Below, one piece after another: positions 19,873-29,929 of a DNA stretch of 64,000 nucleotides. Source of the DNA: an uncultured Chloroflexia bacterium (GTDB lineage Bacteria > Chloroflexota > Limnocylindria > Limnocylindrales > CSP1-4); the NCBI GenBank assembly GCA_963766675.1, contig CAVYBA010000002.1, positions 8,662 to 72,661 on the forward strand, in the 5' to 3' direction. The notes below the pieces were generated by a model. The model saw nothing but the letters and a program-made list of their open reading frames with translations. It was not told the DNA's origin and did no database searches. How positions within the stretch are numbered: position 1 is the stretch's first letter; each line of letters starts with the position of its first letter. The translations under genes and the position numbers were made by a program.

Positions 19873-20771
19873 CCAGCCAGCACGACCTTGGCGCCGACGC
19901 GAATCCTGCGCCGACGCGGATCGGTTCGGCCCGCTTCGCCTGGGGCGAGCGGACGTACGTCATGGGCATCGTCAACGTCACCCCGGACTCGTTCTCGGGC
20001 GACGGCCTCCTGGCGGCCGGGACGGACCCGATCGAGGCCGCCGTCGAGCTCGGTCTCCGGATGGCGGCCGACGGCGCCGACCTGCTGGACGTCGGCGGGG
20101 AGTCCACGCGTCCCGGTCACGCGGCCGTCGCCACGGACGACGAGCTGGCACGCGTCGTGCCCGTCGTCGCCGCGTTGCGGGATGCCCTGCCGGACGTTCC
20201 GCTCAGCATCGATACGACGAAGGCCGCGGTGGCCGCCGCCGCGCTGGACGCCGGCGCAAACCTCCTGAACGACGTCTGGGGCGTGGGACCGGACGACGCC
20301 ATGGCCCGACTTGCTGCCGAACGGGCCGTCCCGCTCGTGGTCATGCACAACCGGGCCGAGCCGCGGTATCTGGACCTCATCGGCGAGGTCATCGCGGATC
20401 TCCGCCGCGCCCTGGTCCGGGCCGAGCAGCTCGGCGTCCCCCGACACGACCTGATCATCGATCCGGGCTTCGGGTTCGGCAAGACCGCCGAGCAGAACCT
20501 GGCGCTCATTCGCGACCTGGCGGCCCTCCGGGTCCTTGGTCGCCCGATCCTGCTCGGGACCAGCCGCAAGTCCACGCTGGGCCGGGTCCTCGATCTGCCC
20601 GTGGAGGAGCGCCTCGAAGCGACGCTCGCCACCACGGCGCTGGGCATCGCCGCCGGCGCCGACCTCGTCCGCGTCCACGATGTTCGGGCCAACGTTCGCG
20701 CGGCCCGGATCAGCGACGCCATCGTTCGCGCGAACTGGCGGCCGGCAGCCGCCCAAGGAGGCCCCATCTGA
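19869..20771 (+). CDS. folP: Dihydropteroate synthase
   Basis: MGIVNVTPDSFS, DVGGESTRPG, DPGFGFGK, GTSRKS, VRVHDV. Confidence 0.96.
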   Translation: MTSQHDLGADANPAPTRIGSARFAWGERTYVMGIVNVTPDSFSGDGLLAAGTDPIEAAVELGLRMAADGADLLDVGGESTRPGHAAVATDDELARVVPVVAALRDALPDVPLSIDTTKAAVAAAALDAGANLLNDVWGVGPDDAMARLAAERAVPLVVMHNRAEPRYLDLIGEVIADLRRALVRAEQLGVPRHDLIIDPGFGFGKTAEQNLALIRDLAALRVLGRPILLGTSRKSTLGRVLDLPVEERLEATLATTALGIAAGADLVRVHDVRANVRAARISDAIVRANWRPAAAQGGPI

Positions 20772-21148
20772 GCGATCGAATCGTCCTGGCCAACATGCGG
20801 TTCCAGGGCCGTCACGGCTACTACGACCACGAGCTGCTCACGCCGCAGCCCTTCGAGGTCGACGTCGAGATCCTGCTCAACCTCCAGCCGGCCGCGATCG
20901 ACGACGACATCGAGAAATCGGTGGATTACGGACGGGTCTACGAGGCCGTGCGGCAGATCGTGGAGTCGACGTCCTTCCGGCTGCTCGAGGCCCTCGCCGA
21001 GGCGATCAGCCACGAGCTCCTGTCGGACTTCGACGCGACCGAGGTCGGCGTCCGAGTCCGAAAGCCACGGGTCCAGCTCAGCGGACCGCTCGATTACGCC
21101 GGAGTCGAGATCTGGCGCCGTCGGTCGAATGGGGACCGCCGCAGCTGA
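20768..21148 (+). CDS. folB: Dihydroneopterin aldolase (probable CTG start)
   Basis: SDRIVL...F.GRHG...Q.FEVD...SVDY...LLEALAE...VRKP; AAGGAGG 6 nt before CTG. Confidence 0.9.
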   Translation: MSDRIVLANMRFQGRHGYYDHELLTPQPFEVDVEILLNLQPAAIDDDIEKSVDYGRVYEAVRQIVESTSFRLLEALAEAISHELLSDFDATEVGVRVRKPRVQLSGPLDYAGVEIWRRRSNGDRRS

Positions 21149-21163
21149 ACCTGTTGGGCACGG

Positions 21164-23089
21164 CTAGCTCGGCGTCGGACTCTGGTCGACGACGAGGCTC
21201 GGTTCGGGCGTCGGCGTCGGTGTCGGCACGGGCGTCGGTGTCGGTTGCGGCTCGGGCGTCGGGGTGGGGGTCGGCTCGGGCGTGGGGGTCGGGGTCGGCG
21301 TCGGTTGCGGCGTCGGGCTGGGCGCCTCGCTCGGGGACGCGGAGGCTTCGGGGCCGGTCGAGATCACGAAGTCGACCGGGGTTTGCCGGGCGACTCCGAT
21401 GCCGGCTGACGGGTTCTGAGACACCACCGACCCGGCCGGAACGATCGGATCCGGGGCCTGCGTGACCTGGCCGGCTTGGAGCTGCGCGGTAACGAGCGCC
21501 TGGATCGCCTGCGACAGGGTCCGGTTCTTGAGATCCGGCACCGGGACCAGTGCGGCCGACGTCGCCAGGGTGACCTTGACCGTCCCGCCCCTGGCGATCG
21601 GCGTGCCCTCCACCGGGTCTTGCACCAGGATCGTGCCGGCCGGCTCGGTCAATTCCTGGGTGTCGACCTGCTGGAGCGTGATGCCGAGATCGGTCGCCGT
21701 CCCCTGGGCGGTGCTGAACGGCTGTCCGATGAAGCTGGGCACCGTGACCTCGGCCGGCCCACTGCTCGGCCCCGGGCCGCCGCCGGCCACGAGCTGGTAC
21801 GCCAGGAAGGCGATCGCTGCGAGCATCACGATGGCGACGATGCCCGTCAGCCAGACCATCGCGTTCGGACCGCCGTCGTCGTCCCGATCGGGAGTCGGCT
21901 GCGTCGTCCGGCGCGGTGGCGGAGGCCGGCGGCCGCCGTCGCGATCCCGTCTGGCGGGCGGCCCAGGATCGTCATCGTCGTCGGCACCGACAAACGCCTC
22001 CGGGGGATAGCGAACCCGGGTCGGGTTGGCTCGGGCGGTTCCGGAGACGACGCCGGATGGCCCGATTGGGGTCGCGGTTCCGACTCGAGGCGCGGACCCA
22101 CCGGCCGATGGATCCCCGGCAGCGATCGCACGCGCGGCGAAGGCAGGGCCGGCCGCGACGGCACCGCCGGCCACGGTCGCCGCGGTGGCGCCGCCGGCCT
22201 CGGTGGCCGAGGCCGATGCGGCCGCCGCGCCGGCAGCCACGCCACGGATCGTCGCGGCTGGCGGCGGTGTGGCCAGCCACGCCTCGAGGCGGTCGGCGAT
22301 CGCCGATGCCGATTCGAACCGATCGGCTGGATCGAGGGCCAGAGCCCGGCGGGTGATCGCGGCGAGCTCCGGCGGCACGCTCGATCGAACCCCCGCAGGA
22401 TCGGGGATCGGTCCGCTCAGCCTGGCCAGCGCGACCCCGGCGGCGCTGTCGCTCTCCCATGGCCGGACGCCGGTCAGCATCTCGTACAGCACGATCCCCA
22501 GGCTGTAGATGTCCGAGGCGGCGGTGGTCGGTTCACCACGTGCCTGTTCCGGGCTGAAGTAATGGACCGAGCCGAGGGTCGTTCCCGGCAGCGTGACCTG
22601 CGCCTCGGCGACCGCACGGGCGATGCCGAAGTCGACGACCTTGACGCGCCCATCGCGACCGATCAGGACGTTGCCGGGCTTGATGTCGCGGTGGACGATC
22701 CCGCTTGCATGGGCCGCCGCCAGCGCCCGTCCCACGCCGGCCGCGATCCGGGCGGCCTGCCGTGCAGGGAGCGCTCCACTGCGGCGCAGGATCGTCGCCA
22801 GGTCCTCGCCGTCAACCAGCTCCATGACGATGAACGGACCCGATGGATCCTCGCCGTAGTCGTAGACCGTGACGACGTTCGGGTGGCCTAGCGAGGCGGC
22901 GGCCTGCGCCTCCTGGCGAAACCGGGAGGAGAAATCCGGGTCCTGCAGGTACTCCGAACGAAGCAGCTTGAGGGCGACGTCCCGGCCGAGCCCGGTATCG
23001 GCGGCGCGGTAGATGGTCGCCATGCCACCCTGACCCAACAGCTCGATCAGGCGATAGCGACCCCCGAGAATCTGCCCGATGTCCGCCAA
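21164..23089 (-). CDS. Ser/Thr protein kinase with TM and two PASTA domains (PknB/Stk1-like)
   Basis: [28 protein letters not shown]; PASTA repeats VPSFIGQ and VPDLKNR; PTPTP tail. Confidence 0.93.
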   Translation of the reverse strand: MADIGQILGGRYRLIELLGQGGMATIYRAADTGLGRDVALKLLRSEYLQDPDFSSRFRQEAQAAASLGHPNVVTVYDYGEDPSGPFIVMELVDGEDLATILRRSGALPARQAARIAAGVGRALAAAHASGIVHRDIKPGNVLIGRDGRVKVVDFGIARAVAEAQVTLPGTTLGSVHYFSPEQARGEPTTAASDIYSLGIVLYEMLTGVRPWESDSAAGVALARLSGPIPDPAGVRSSVPPELAAITRRALALDPADRFESASAIADRLEAWLATPPPAATIRGVAAGAAAASASATEAGGATAATVAGGAVAAGPAFAARAIAAGDPSAGGSAPRVGTATPIGPSGVVSGTARANPTRVRYPPEAFVGADDDDDPGPPARRDRDGGRRPPPPRRTTQPTPDRDDDGGPNAMVWLTGIVAIVMLAAIAFLAYQLVAGGGPGPSSGPAEVTVPSFIGQPFSTAQGTATDLGITLQQVDTQELTEPAGTILVQDPVEGTPIARGGTVKVTLATSAALVPVPDLKNRTLSQAIQALVTAQLQAGQVTQAPDPIVPAGSVVSQNPSAGIGVARQTPVDFVISTGPEASASPSEAPSPTPQPTPTPTPTPEPTPTPTPEPQPTPTPVPTPTPTPEPSLVVDQSPTPS

Positions 23090-23281
23090 GCGGCAAGCCC
23101 CTCGTTCGACGACGCTGTTCTGGTTAGCTCACGATCCGTCCGGGATCGTACCGTACAGGCCCCGGCCGGCCGCCCGCTGCCGGATGCCCTGAGCGGCATC
23201 GGCGCACGCTCGCGCACGCGCACAGCGCCGGACGGGTCGCCCAACGGACGATCGGCGTCCGACGAATGTGGTGCGGGGTCG

Positions 23282-24160
23282 TCAGAGCTGGAGACCCCGA
23301 AGGTACTCGCGAAAGGCCGGTCCGACGTCGGGGCGCGCGAGCGCGACCTCGACCGAGGCCTGCAGCCAGCCCATCGTCGTGCCGGCGTCGTAGCGCACGC
23401 CCTCGAACTCGTAGCCGAAGACTTCCTGCTCCTCCATCAGGGCCGCGATCGCATCGGTCAGCTGGATCTCGCCGCCGGCACCCCGCTGCGTCTGCTCGAG
23501 CTTGTCGAAGATCTTGGGGGTGAGCACGTAGCGGCCGATGATCGCGAGGTTTGACGGGGCCTCGTCGGTGGCGGGCTTCTCCACCAGGCTCGTGATCCGG
23601 TGAAGGCGGCCATGGTCGAGCGGGTCCGCGCTCGGCTCCGATCCGATGATGCCGTAGCGGCTGGTCTGGTCGGGCGGAACGCCGGTGACCGCGATCACCG
23701 AGCCGTGATGCTGGTGGTAGGCGTGGATCAACTGCCCGATGCACGGCCGCTCGCCGATCACGACGTCGTCGGGGAGGATCACCGCGAACGGCTCGTGCCC
23801 GATCAGGTCCTTGGCCATCAGGACCGCGTGGCCCAGGCCGAGTTGTTCCTTCTGGCGGATGTACGCCACCTGGGCGAGATCGCTGATGGCCCGCACCTGG
23901 CGGAGCATCTCGATGTCGCCCTTTTCCTCGAGCAGGTGCTCGAGCTCGAAGGAGAGGTCGAAATGGTCCTCGATCGCCCGCTTCTGGCTCGACGTGACGA
24001 TGATGACCTGCTCGATCCCCGCGGCAACGGCTTCCTCGACGGCGTACTGGATGATCGGCTTGTCGACCAGGGGCAGCATTTCCTTCGGCTGCGCCTTGGT
24101 CGCCGGCAGGAAGCGGGTGCCCCAGCCTGCGGCGGGGAAGACGGCCTTTCGAACGCGCAT
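23282..24160 (-). CDS. galU: UTP--glucose-1-phosphate uridylyltransferase
   Basis: KAVFPAAGWGTRFLPATKAQPKEMLP, GLGHAV, VEKP, GEIQLTDAI. Confidence 0.96.
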   Translation of the reverse strand: MRVRKAVFPAAGWGTRFLPATKAQPKEMLPLVDKPIIQYAVEEAVAAGIEQVIIVTSSQKRAIEDHFDLSFELEHLLEEKGDIEMLRQVRAISDLAQVAYIRQKEQLGLGHAVLMAKDLIGHEPFAVILPDDVVIGERPCIGQLIHAYHQHHGSVIAVTGVPPDQTSRYGIIGSEPSADPLDHGRLHRITSLVEKPATDEAPSNLAIIGRYVLTPKIFDKLEQTQRGAGGEIQLTDAIAALMEEQEVFGYEFEGVRYDAGTTMGWLQASVEVALARPDVGPAFREYLRGLQL

Positions 24161-24226
24161 CGAACCTCGCGGTGACGGGCTTGGGCTGACCGGCGAAGTA
24201 TACCCCTGGGTCCTCGGCGGACCGCC

Positions 24227-25048
24227 TTACGCAGAGTCCGCGGACCTTGCAAACTCGCGAACCGCGAGGTTGAACGAGGCGGGTCGGTCGAGGTTCGAGA
24301 GGTGCAGCGCCCCGGCCAGCACGAGCCGTCGGGCGTCGCGGGCGGCGGTCGCAAACGTCCGCGCAGAGAGTCTGAACAGCAGGTCGTACTCCCCGTTGAG
24401 GATCAGGCTGGGGCCCGGATAGGCGGCGAGGCGAGGGATGAACCGCTCGTTGACGAGGGCGCCCAGAGCGATGGCGCCTCCGGCCGACCAGAAGCCTCCG
24501 GCAACGATCGGGTCGGCGATCGCCGCCCCGTAGCGCGCCCGAAAGAACCATCCGCTGAGCCGATCCAGCGAGCGGCTGTCGAACCGTGCCATGGCGGCGG
24601 CGAGCGTTCGATAGGCGAGGACGCGGGCGCCGACGGGCTCCGCGGATGCGCCCGCCACGACCAGCCCGCGGACGAGCTCCGGGTGGCTGGCCGCGAGGGC
24701 CATCGCCACATAGCCACCAAGCGACAGGCCGACGATGATCGATCGCCCCCCGGCCGCCTCATCCCGGATCGCGGCGACGACGACGTCGACCGCGCCGTCG
24801 AGATCGAATCGTTCGGTGGCGCGGTCCCCGTGGCCCGGCAGGTCGAGCGCGATCGTGTGGAACTCGTCGCCCAGCGCGTCGAGCTGCAACGCCCAGACCG
24901 CCCGGGTCAGGCGGGTGCCGTGGAGGAACACGATCGCCGGGGAGTCGGCCCGACCCGCGGTCGTCAGTCCAGACCCGGCGCCGGCTCGCTCCGCGAGACG
25001 GCCGGCCGCACCGCGGGACGGCTCAGATCGACTCGTGTCGCGCTCCAC
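24227..25048 (-). CDS. Alpha/beta hydrolase (start uncertain)
   Basis: FLHG, DLPGHG, GLSLGG nucleophile elbow, C-terminal His (ALHLSN). Confidence 0.85.
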   Translation of the reverse strand: MERDTSRSEPSRGAAGRLAERAGAGSGLTTAGRADSPAIVFLHGTRLTRAVWALQLDALGDEFHTIALDLPGHGDRATERFDLDGAVDVVVAAIRDEAAGGRSIIVGLSLGGYVAMALAASHPELVRGLVVAGASAEPVGARVLAYRTLAAAMARFDSRSLDRLSGWFFRARYGAAIADPIVAGGFWSAGGAIALGALVNERFIPRLAAYPGPSLILNGEYDLLFRLSARTFATAARDARRLVLAGALHLSNLDRPASFNLAVREFARSADSA

Positions 25049-26033
25049 CGAGCCGGATCGACGTGAACGGGATCCGGAACTCACGGAACACCTCGATCGA
25101 CACCAGGAACCCGACGAACAGCAGGACCAGGCCGATCAGCCGTCCGGCCGCCGCCCATTGGTCGAGGCTGTCCGTGAAGTTCGGCACGAACGCGCCCGCG
25201 GCGATCAGGATCGTGGCCGGGACGCGGGAATGGATCCGGCCGGTAGCCAGCGCGCGGACGGCGCCCGGCAGCGACGCCCCCAGGTTGACAACGATCGCGA
25301 CCGGCGCGATCAGCAGGTTGAACAGGAACTGGTCGCCCGACTGGTTCGGATCGAGCGAGTACGGCAGGACGCGTCGTTTGGGCATGAACACATACGTCGA
25401 GAAGACGGCCCCGAGGAGCAGCGACAGTCCGCCGGGGATCGTCAGCGGGAAGGCCAGGACACGGACCGGGCCGGGCATCAGCTCGGCGGCGGTGGCCAGG
25501 GTGACCGTGGTCGGCGGCGAGCCGTGGAGCGACAGCGCGAACGCGAGGATGAGCATCGCCGCGGTTGCCACGCCGACGCCGAGCGCGGCGAACGCCGGCC
25601 ACCGATCGTTCTGGAAATAGGTTTCCACGCCGATTGCGACGGCGAACCCGAGCCCCGTGAACAGCACGATCGCGGGGACCGGGCCGGCGTCCGGATAGTG
25701 ACCCCTCGTCACGAAGGCCAGCAGCGCCCCGAAGGCGACGACGATCGCGTAGGTGTAGCCGAACCGGGTGCGGTTGAGCAGGAACGCCGTCCCGAGGCCG
25801 AGCCAGGCCGGCGTCGCCACGCCGAAGGCGAACCAGCCGCGGAACAGGAGGTCGTTCCAGCCCGACGCCGCACCGATCGCCTCACACCCGGCGGCAACGC
25901 CGTACAGCACCATGCCCACCGTCCAGATGAGCTGGAAGCTGCCACGGCGCTCGCGCCACTGATCGAGCAGCGCGGCGGCGAAGGCAAGCGCCAGCACCGA
26001 CGTGATGGCCGGAAGGAGCACCTCCGACGTCAT
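25023..26033 (-). CDS. Polytopic membrane protein of unknown function (about 9-10 TM)
   Basis: Many hydrophobic helices; ATGA overlap with the upstream HTH gene. Confidence 0.8.
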   Translation of the reverse strand: MTSEVLLPAITSVLALAFAAALLDQWRERRGSFQLIWTVGMVLYGVAAGCEAIGAASGWNDLLFRGWFAFGVATPAWLGLGTAFLLNRTRFGYTYAIVVAFGALLAFVTRGHYPDAGPVPAIVLFTGLGFAVAIGVETYFQNDRWPAFAALGVGVATAAMLILAFALSLHGSPPTTVTLATAAELMPGPVRVLAFPLTIPGGLSLLLGAVFSTYVFMPKRRVLPYSLDPNQSGDQFLFNLLIAPVAIVVNLGASLPGAVRALATGRIHSRVPATILIAAGAFVPNFTDSLDQWAAAGRLIGLVLLFVGFLVSIEVFREFRIPFTSIRLGGARHESI

Positions 26034-26758
26034 GATCGGCCGCCTTCCCGCTGGTACGTGTCGAGCAACCGGAGCAGCAGCCGGTCGAGCAGCTCGGTCG
26101 CGTCGGCGTACAGCTCGGCGAGCCGCGCCGAGTCGAGCGTCCGTCGACGACCGAGTCGAGCGAGCTCAGCCAGGAAGGGCCGGCGGCCCGTGATGAACAG
26201 CGCAATCGCCTCGGTCAGGCTCAGGCCGGCTGCCCGGAGCTGCGTGGCGAACGCGTCGACCAGCGCCGCCGCCCGCTCTTCCGTCTCGCGTCGTGCCACC
26301 GCGTCGCGGCGATCCGCGTCGAGGTGGGCGATCAGCGCCTCGACCAGCCGTCGTCCGTCGCTGCGGTACCGTTCCCGATCGCCGGCGGCGCCCGTCGCGG
26401 TCCGACGCCCGCGGTCACCCTCGGCGTAACTTCGCCGGTAGGCGCGGGTCACCCGCTCCGGGCTCGCCCCAAGGCTTGCCAACGACGGCGCGCGACCGCG
26501 CTTGGTGGTCGTCAGCCGTTCGAGCGACCGACGATCGAACCGACGGTGGCGGCCCGGGGTCACGAACACGTCCACGCGACCTTCGTCCGCCCAACGACGG
26601 AGGGTATCGGGGTCGACGCCGACCAGGCGGCTTGCCGGACCCAGCGACAGCCAGCGGTCGGCCGAACCTGGATGACACGAGCGATGCGGGCGAGCGCCGA
26701 CCGGGGAGACAGGCACCTGGACCTCGAGGGAGGTAGTGTCGACGGGTCGGGCGAGCAT
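26030..26758 (-). CDS. MerR-superfamily/excisionase-like (HTH_17) DNA-binding protein with helical C-terminal domain (start uncertain)
   Basis: WLSLGPASRLVGVDPDTLRRWADEGRV...TPGRHRRF. Confidence 0.8.
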   Translation of the reverse strand: MLARPVDTTSLEVQVPVSPVGARPHRSCHPGSADRWLSLGPASRLVGVDPDTLRRWADEGRVDVFVTPGRHRRFDRRSLERLTTTKRGRAPSLASLGASPERVTRAYRRSYAEGDRGRRTATGAAGDRERYRSDGRRLVEALIAHLDADRRDAVARRETEERAAALVDAFATQLRAAGLSLTEAIALFITGRRPFLAELARLGRRRTLDSARLAELYADATELLDRLLLRLLDTYQREGGRS

Positions 26759-26806
26759 CGGGGGGATACGCTCGGGGACCGACCCGTCGACCGTGATGAG
26801 CCGTTG

Positions 26807-26826
26807 GAATCTGGGTGAATCTGGGT
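26807..26826. repeat. Perfect 10-bp direct repeat GAATCTGGGT x2, candidate operator
   Basis: Seen directly upstream of the HTH gene. Confidence 0.6.
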
Positions 26827-26913
26827 ACGGATGATTCGCTCAGTGGGCGGAGGATAGGTCCGCGCCCAAAGGCCGTCAAGCGACCGTCGCCGGCGGGCCG
26901 GCGGCGCCGCGCG

Positions 26914-27267
26914 TCAGGCCGGGACGAACTCGTGGTCGTCGCGATGGATGCCGTCGCACAGGCCTAGGCGCGGTGGCTCGCCCGGGATCGTAACCGGGCG
27001 CATGAGCTCGCGAACTTCGCCCCGACGGCAGAACAGATAGCCCTTGCCGGCCATCCAGCGACGGACACAGGCCGGGTCGCCATGGAACTGGAATGGGCCC
27101 GGGTTGACCGCCGGGTGCTGCGTCCAGGCGACCGGGGCCTCCGCGGCGACGATGTCGAGGAGGTTCACCCGCCACGGCTTGCCGTCGATGACATCGAGGC
27201 AGCCGTCACACCGCGTCGCGATGTTGTCGCGCACGATCGTCCGGATCTGGATGCCCATGATCTCCAT
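26914..27267 (-). CDS. Small hypothetical protein with Cys/His clusters
   Basis: CDGC, HGDPAC, CDGIH; -10 TACCAT 8 nt before the ATG. Confidence 0.65.
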   Translation of the reverse strand: MEIMGIQIRTIVRDNIATRCDGCLDVIDGKPWRVNLLDIVAAEAPVAWTQHPAVNPGPFQFHGDPACVRRWMAGKGYLFCRRGEVRELMRPVTIPGEPPRLGLCDGIHRDDHEFVPA

Positions 27268-27358
27268 TGCCGGCGATGGTAGCAGGGAGCATTGGGCGGC
27301 CGCCGCCGGACCGTCCTGCGCCGATGGACCGCCGCAGATGGGTTGCGGGACGCCTCGA

Positions 27359-27550
27359 TCAGGCGGCGACGATCGCGTCGACCGGGCAGACGGCCTTGCA
27401 CGCGGAGTCGCCACCGGTCGCGGCGCACTCGTCGCACAAGGCAGCGTCGATGACGTACGTGTCGTCCGCCGCGCTGATCGCGCCGTTGGGGCACTCGGGC
27501 TCGCACGCCGCGCAGGAGATGCATTCGCTGACCAGGATCGCGTTCGCCAT
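27359..27550 (-). CDS. 2[4Fe-4S] ferredoxin
   Basis: CISCAACEPECP and CDEC(x8)CKAVCP; AAGGAG RBS. Confidence 0.93.
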   Translation of the reverse strand: MANAILVSECISCAACEPECPNGAISAADDTYVIDAALCDECAATGGDSACKAVCPVDAIVAA

Positions 27551-27576
27551 CGGAAGGCTCCTTGTGCTGGGCCGGT

Positions 27577-28020
27577 TCAAGCCGGCGGGGCGTCGGTGGA
27601 TGGGGAGGCCACGGCGATCGGCGCGGCCGCGAGCTCCAATTCGGGATCGGGCTTGTGCCACACCTCGTAGCCAGGCCGCCGACCGTCCGCGCCGATCTCG
27701 GCCCTGGTGTGGACCGGGCGACGTTCGGTGGACAGGCTCAGGCTGTGCTTGTTGCAGGCATCGACGCACCAGCCGCAGGCGATGCAGCGCAGCTGATCGA
27801 TGGCGAACAGCTTCTCCTCGCGATTGCAGGTCAGGGCGACGGTCGGGCAGCGCCGGACGCACAGGCTGCACAGCACGCACGTCTCGACGTCGAACTCGAG
27901 CGTGCCCCGCGCACCCGCGAACGGCGGTCGGACCACGCTCGGATAGCGCCGGGTCGCCGGCGGCGAGACGAGGTTGCGCAGGCTCCGGGGCACCATCGGC
28001 GACCTCAGCGGGTTGGCCAT
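27577..28020 (-). CDS. echF: Ech hydrogenase 2[4Fe-4S] subunit
   Basis: PATRRYP, CVLCSLCVRRCP, CIACGWCVDAC. Confidence 0.88.
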   Translation of the reverse strand: MANPLRSPMVPRSLRNLVSPPATRRYPSVVRPPFAGARGTLEFDVETCVLCSLCVRRCPTVALTCNREEKLFAIDQLRCIACGWCVDACNKHSLSLSTERRPVHTRAEIGADGRRPGYEVWHKPDPELELAAAPIAVASPSTDAPPA

Positions 28021-28021
28021 C

Positions 28022-29107
28022 TCAGCGCTCCGTGCAGCTGATGCAGGGGTCGATCGTCAGCACGATGTTCGGCACGTCGGCCAAATCGCAGCCCTTGACC
28101 AGGTGGATCATCGACGGGATGTTCGCGAACGTCGGCGTCCGGGCCCGGAACCGCTCGAGGAACTTCGTGCCATTGGCGCGAACGTAGTACGCGACCTCGC
28201 CGCGCGGCTGCTCGAGCCGGACGAACGTCTCGCCGTTGGGCAGGCCACGCACCTTGGTGTCGATCGGGAGGTCGTCGCCCTTCGGCATCCGGTCGACCAG
28301 CTGGCGGATCAGCCCGATCGATTGCTTGACCTCGCGGACGCGGACCAGCACGCGGGCGAGGCAGTCGCCTCCGGTCTCGACGATCGGCTCGAAGTCCAAT
28401 CGGTCATACAGGTACTGGCCAAGCAAGCGCGTATCGAGCGGGATCCCCGATGCCCGCGCCATCGGGCCGACGGCACCGAGCCTCCGCGCGTCGGCCGTGG
28501 ACAGCACGCCCACGCCCTCCAGGCGGTGGCGGATCGACGGGTCCGACCCGAAGACCCGGGCCGTCTCCTCGAACCGCTCACCGAGCCTCTCGAGCCGCTC
28601 GACGATCACCGCCAGCTCCGAGTCGGTCATGTTGCGGCGAACGCCGCCGATCCGGTTGACCGAGTGGATGATCCGCCCGCCGGTGGTCTGCTCGAAGATG
28701 TCGAGGACCTCCTCGCGGATCCGCCAGCACTGCATCAGCAGGTTCTCGAAACCGAACGCATCGCCGCCGAGGCCGAGCCACAGGAGGTGGCTCTGGACGC
28801 GCGACAGCTCGGCCCAGACGAGTCGCAGCCAGCGGGCCCGTTCCGGGACCTCCACGGCCATGATGTCCTCGAGCGCGAGGCAGTAGGCCATGCCGTGCAT
28901 GAAGCTGCAGATCCCGCAGATGCGCTCGATGACGAAGCCCATCTCGGTGTACTCGACCCGCTCCACCATCGCCTCGAGCCCGCGGTGGACGTAGCCGATC
29001 ATCGGGACCGCATCGACGACCATCTCGTCCTCGAGGACGAGGTCCAGCACGAGCGGCTCGGGCAGCACGGGGTGCTGCGGGCCCATCGGGATGACGGTCT
29101 GCTTCAT
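28022..29107 (-). CDS. echE: Ech [NiFe] hydrogenase large subunit
   Basis: GPQHP, GYVHRGLE, L1 ERICGICS, L2 DPCISCTER at the extreme C-terminus. Confidence 0.93.
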   Translation of the reverse strand: MKQTVIPMGPQHPVLPEPLVLDLVLEDEMVVDAVPMIGYVHRGLEAMVERVEYTEMGFVIERICGICSFMHGMAYCLALEDIMAVEVPERARWLRLVWAELSRVQSHLLWLGLGGDAFGFENLLMQCWRIREEVLDIFEQTTGGRIIHSVNRIGGVRRNMTDSELAVIVERLERLGERFEETARVFGSDPSIRHRLEGVGVLSTADARRLGAVGPMARASGIPLDTRLLGQYLYDRLDFEPIVETGGDCLARVLVRVREVKQSIGLIRQLVDRMPKGDDLPIDTKVRGLPNGETFVRLEQPRGEVAYYVRANGTKFLERFRARTPTFANIPSMIHLVKGCDLADVPNIVLTIDPCISCTER

Positions 29108-29499
29108 GAGTGCCTTGCCCCGGTCTCCAGCCGTCCGGCGGCCTCCAGCCTCGCCCGGATGGCTCCGGGTGCGAACGGGACACGCTCGCCGGTCCGGTAC
29201 ATCTGGCCGCCGAAGTCGACGGCGATCCCGGTGACGTCGATCCCGAACAGCTCGCGCAGCTCGTTCTCGTACAGGAACGACGCCGGGTAGTGGGCCGAGA
29301 TGCTCGGCACCTCGTCGCCGGGCAGGACGCGCTCGCGGAGATGCTCGAACTCGTTATCCCGGGCGAACGACCAGGTGATGTCGAATGCTCCGTCCTCGAT
29401 CCCCTCGCTCGGCAGCAGCGAGGTCGCATTGATCACGACCAGCCGCCAGCCGTCACGGCCGTACGCCGCGACCCGGTCCAGGAAGGCGCCCCCATCCAT
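29104..29499 (-). CDS. echD: Ech hydrogenase subunit D (NuoC-like)
   Basis: VPSIS..YPASFLYENELRELFGI. Confidence 0.88.
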   Translation of the reverse strand: MDGGAFLDRVAAYGRDGWRLVVINATSLLPSEGIEDGAFDITWSFARDNEFEHLRERVLPGDEVPSISAHYPASFLYENELRELFGIDVTGIAVDFGGQMYRTGERVPFAPGAIRARLEAAGRLETGARHS

Positions 29500-29924
29500 C
29501 AGGCGACCCTCGCGTGCTTCTGCTCGAGCGCGGCGATCCCCTGGACGACACCGTCGATGATGCTCTCGGGGCGCGCTGCGCAGCCCGGCACGTAGACGTC
29601 GACGGGGATGACCTTGTCGATCCCGCCCTGGATGTTGTAGGCCCGGCTGAAGATGCCGCCTGAGCAGGCGCAGGCCCCGACCGCCACCACGACCTTCGGG
29701 TCGGGCATCTGGCGGTACAGGTTCTGGATGATGTCGATGTTGCGTTCGTTGACGCTGCCCGTGACCAGCAGGATGTCGGCGTGCTTGGGGTTGCCGGTGT
29801 TGATGATCCCGAACCGCTCGACGTCGTACAGCGGGGTCAGGCAGGCCAGGACCTCGATGTCGCAACCGTTGCAGCTGGACCCGTCGTAGTGGAGGATCCA
29901 CGGCGATCGGGAGAAGAAGGACAT
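29499..29924 (-). CDS. echC: Ech hydrogenase small subunit (NuoB-like)
   Basis: SCNGCDIE, NPKHADILLVTG, GACACSGG, YVPGC. Confidence 0.93.
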   Translation of the reverse strand: MSFFSRSPWILHYDGSSCNGCDIEVLACLTPLYDVERFGIINTGNPKHADILLVTGSVNERNIDIIQNLYRQMPDPKVVVAVGACACSGGIFSRAYNIQGGIDKVIPVDVYVPGCAARPESIIDGVVQGIAALEQKHARVA

Positions 29925-29929
29925 GGGCC

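Noticed and set aside
26030-26758. Prophage or ICE excisionase
   Set aside because: No integrase, phage genes or att sites; it has a long C-terminal domain and is coupled to a membrane gene
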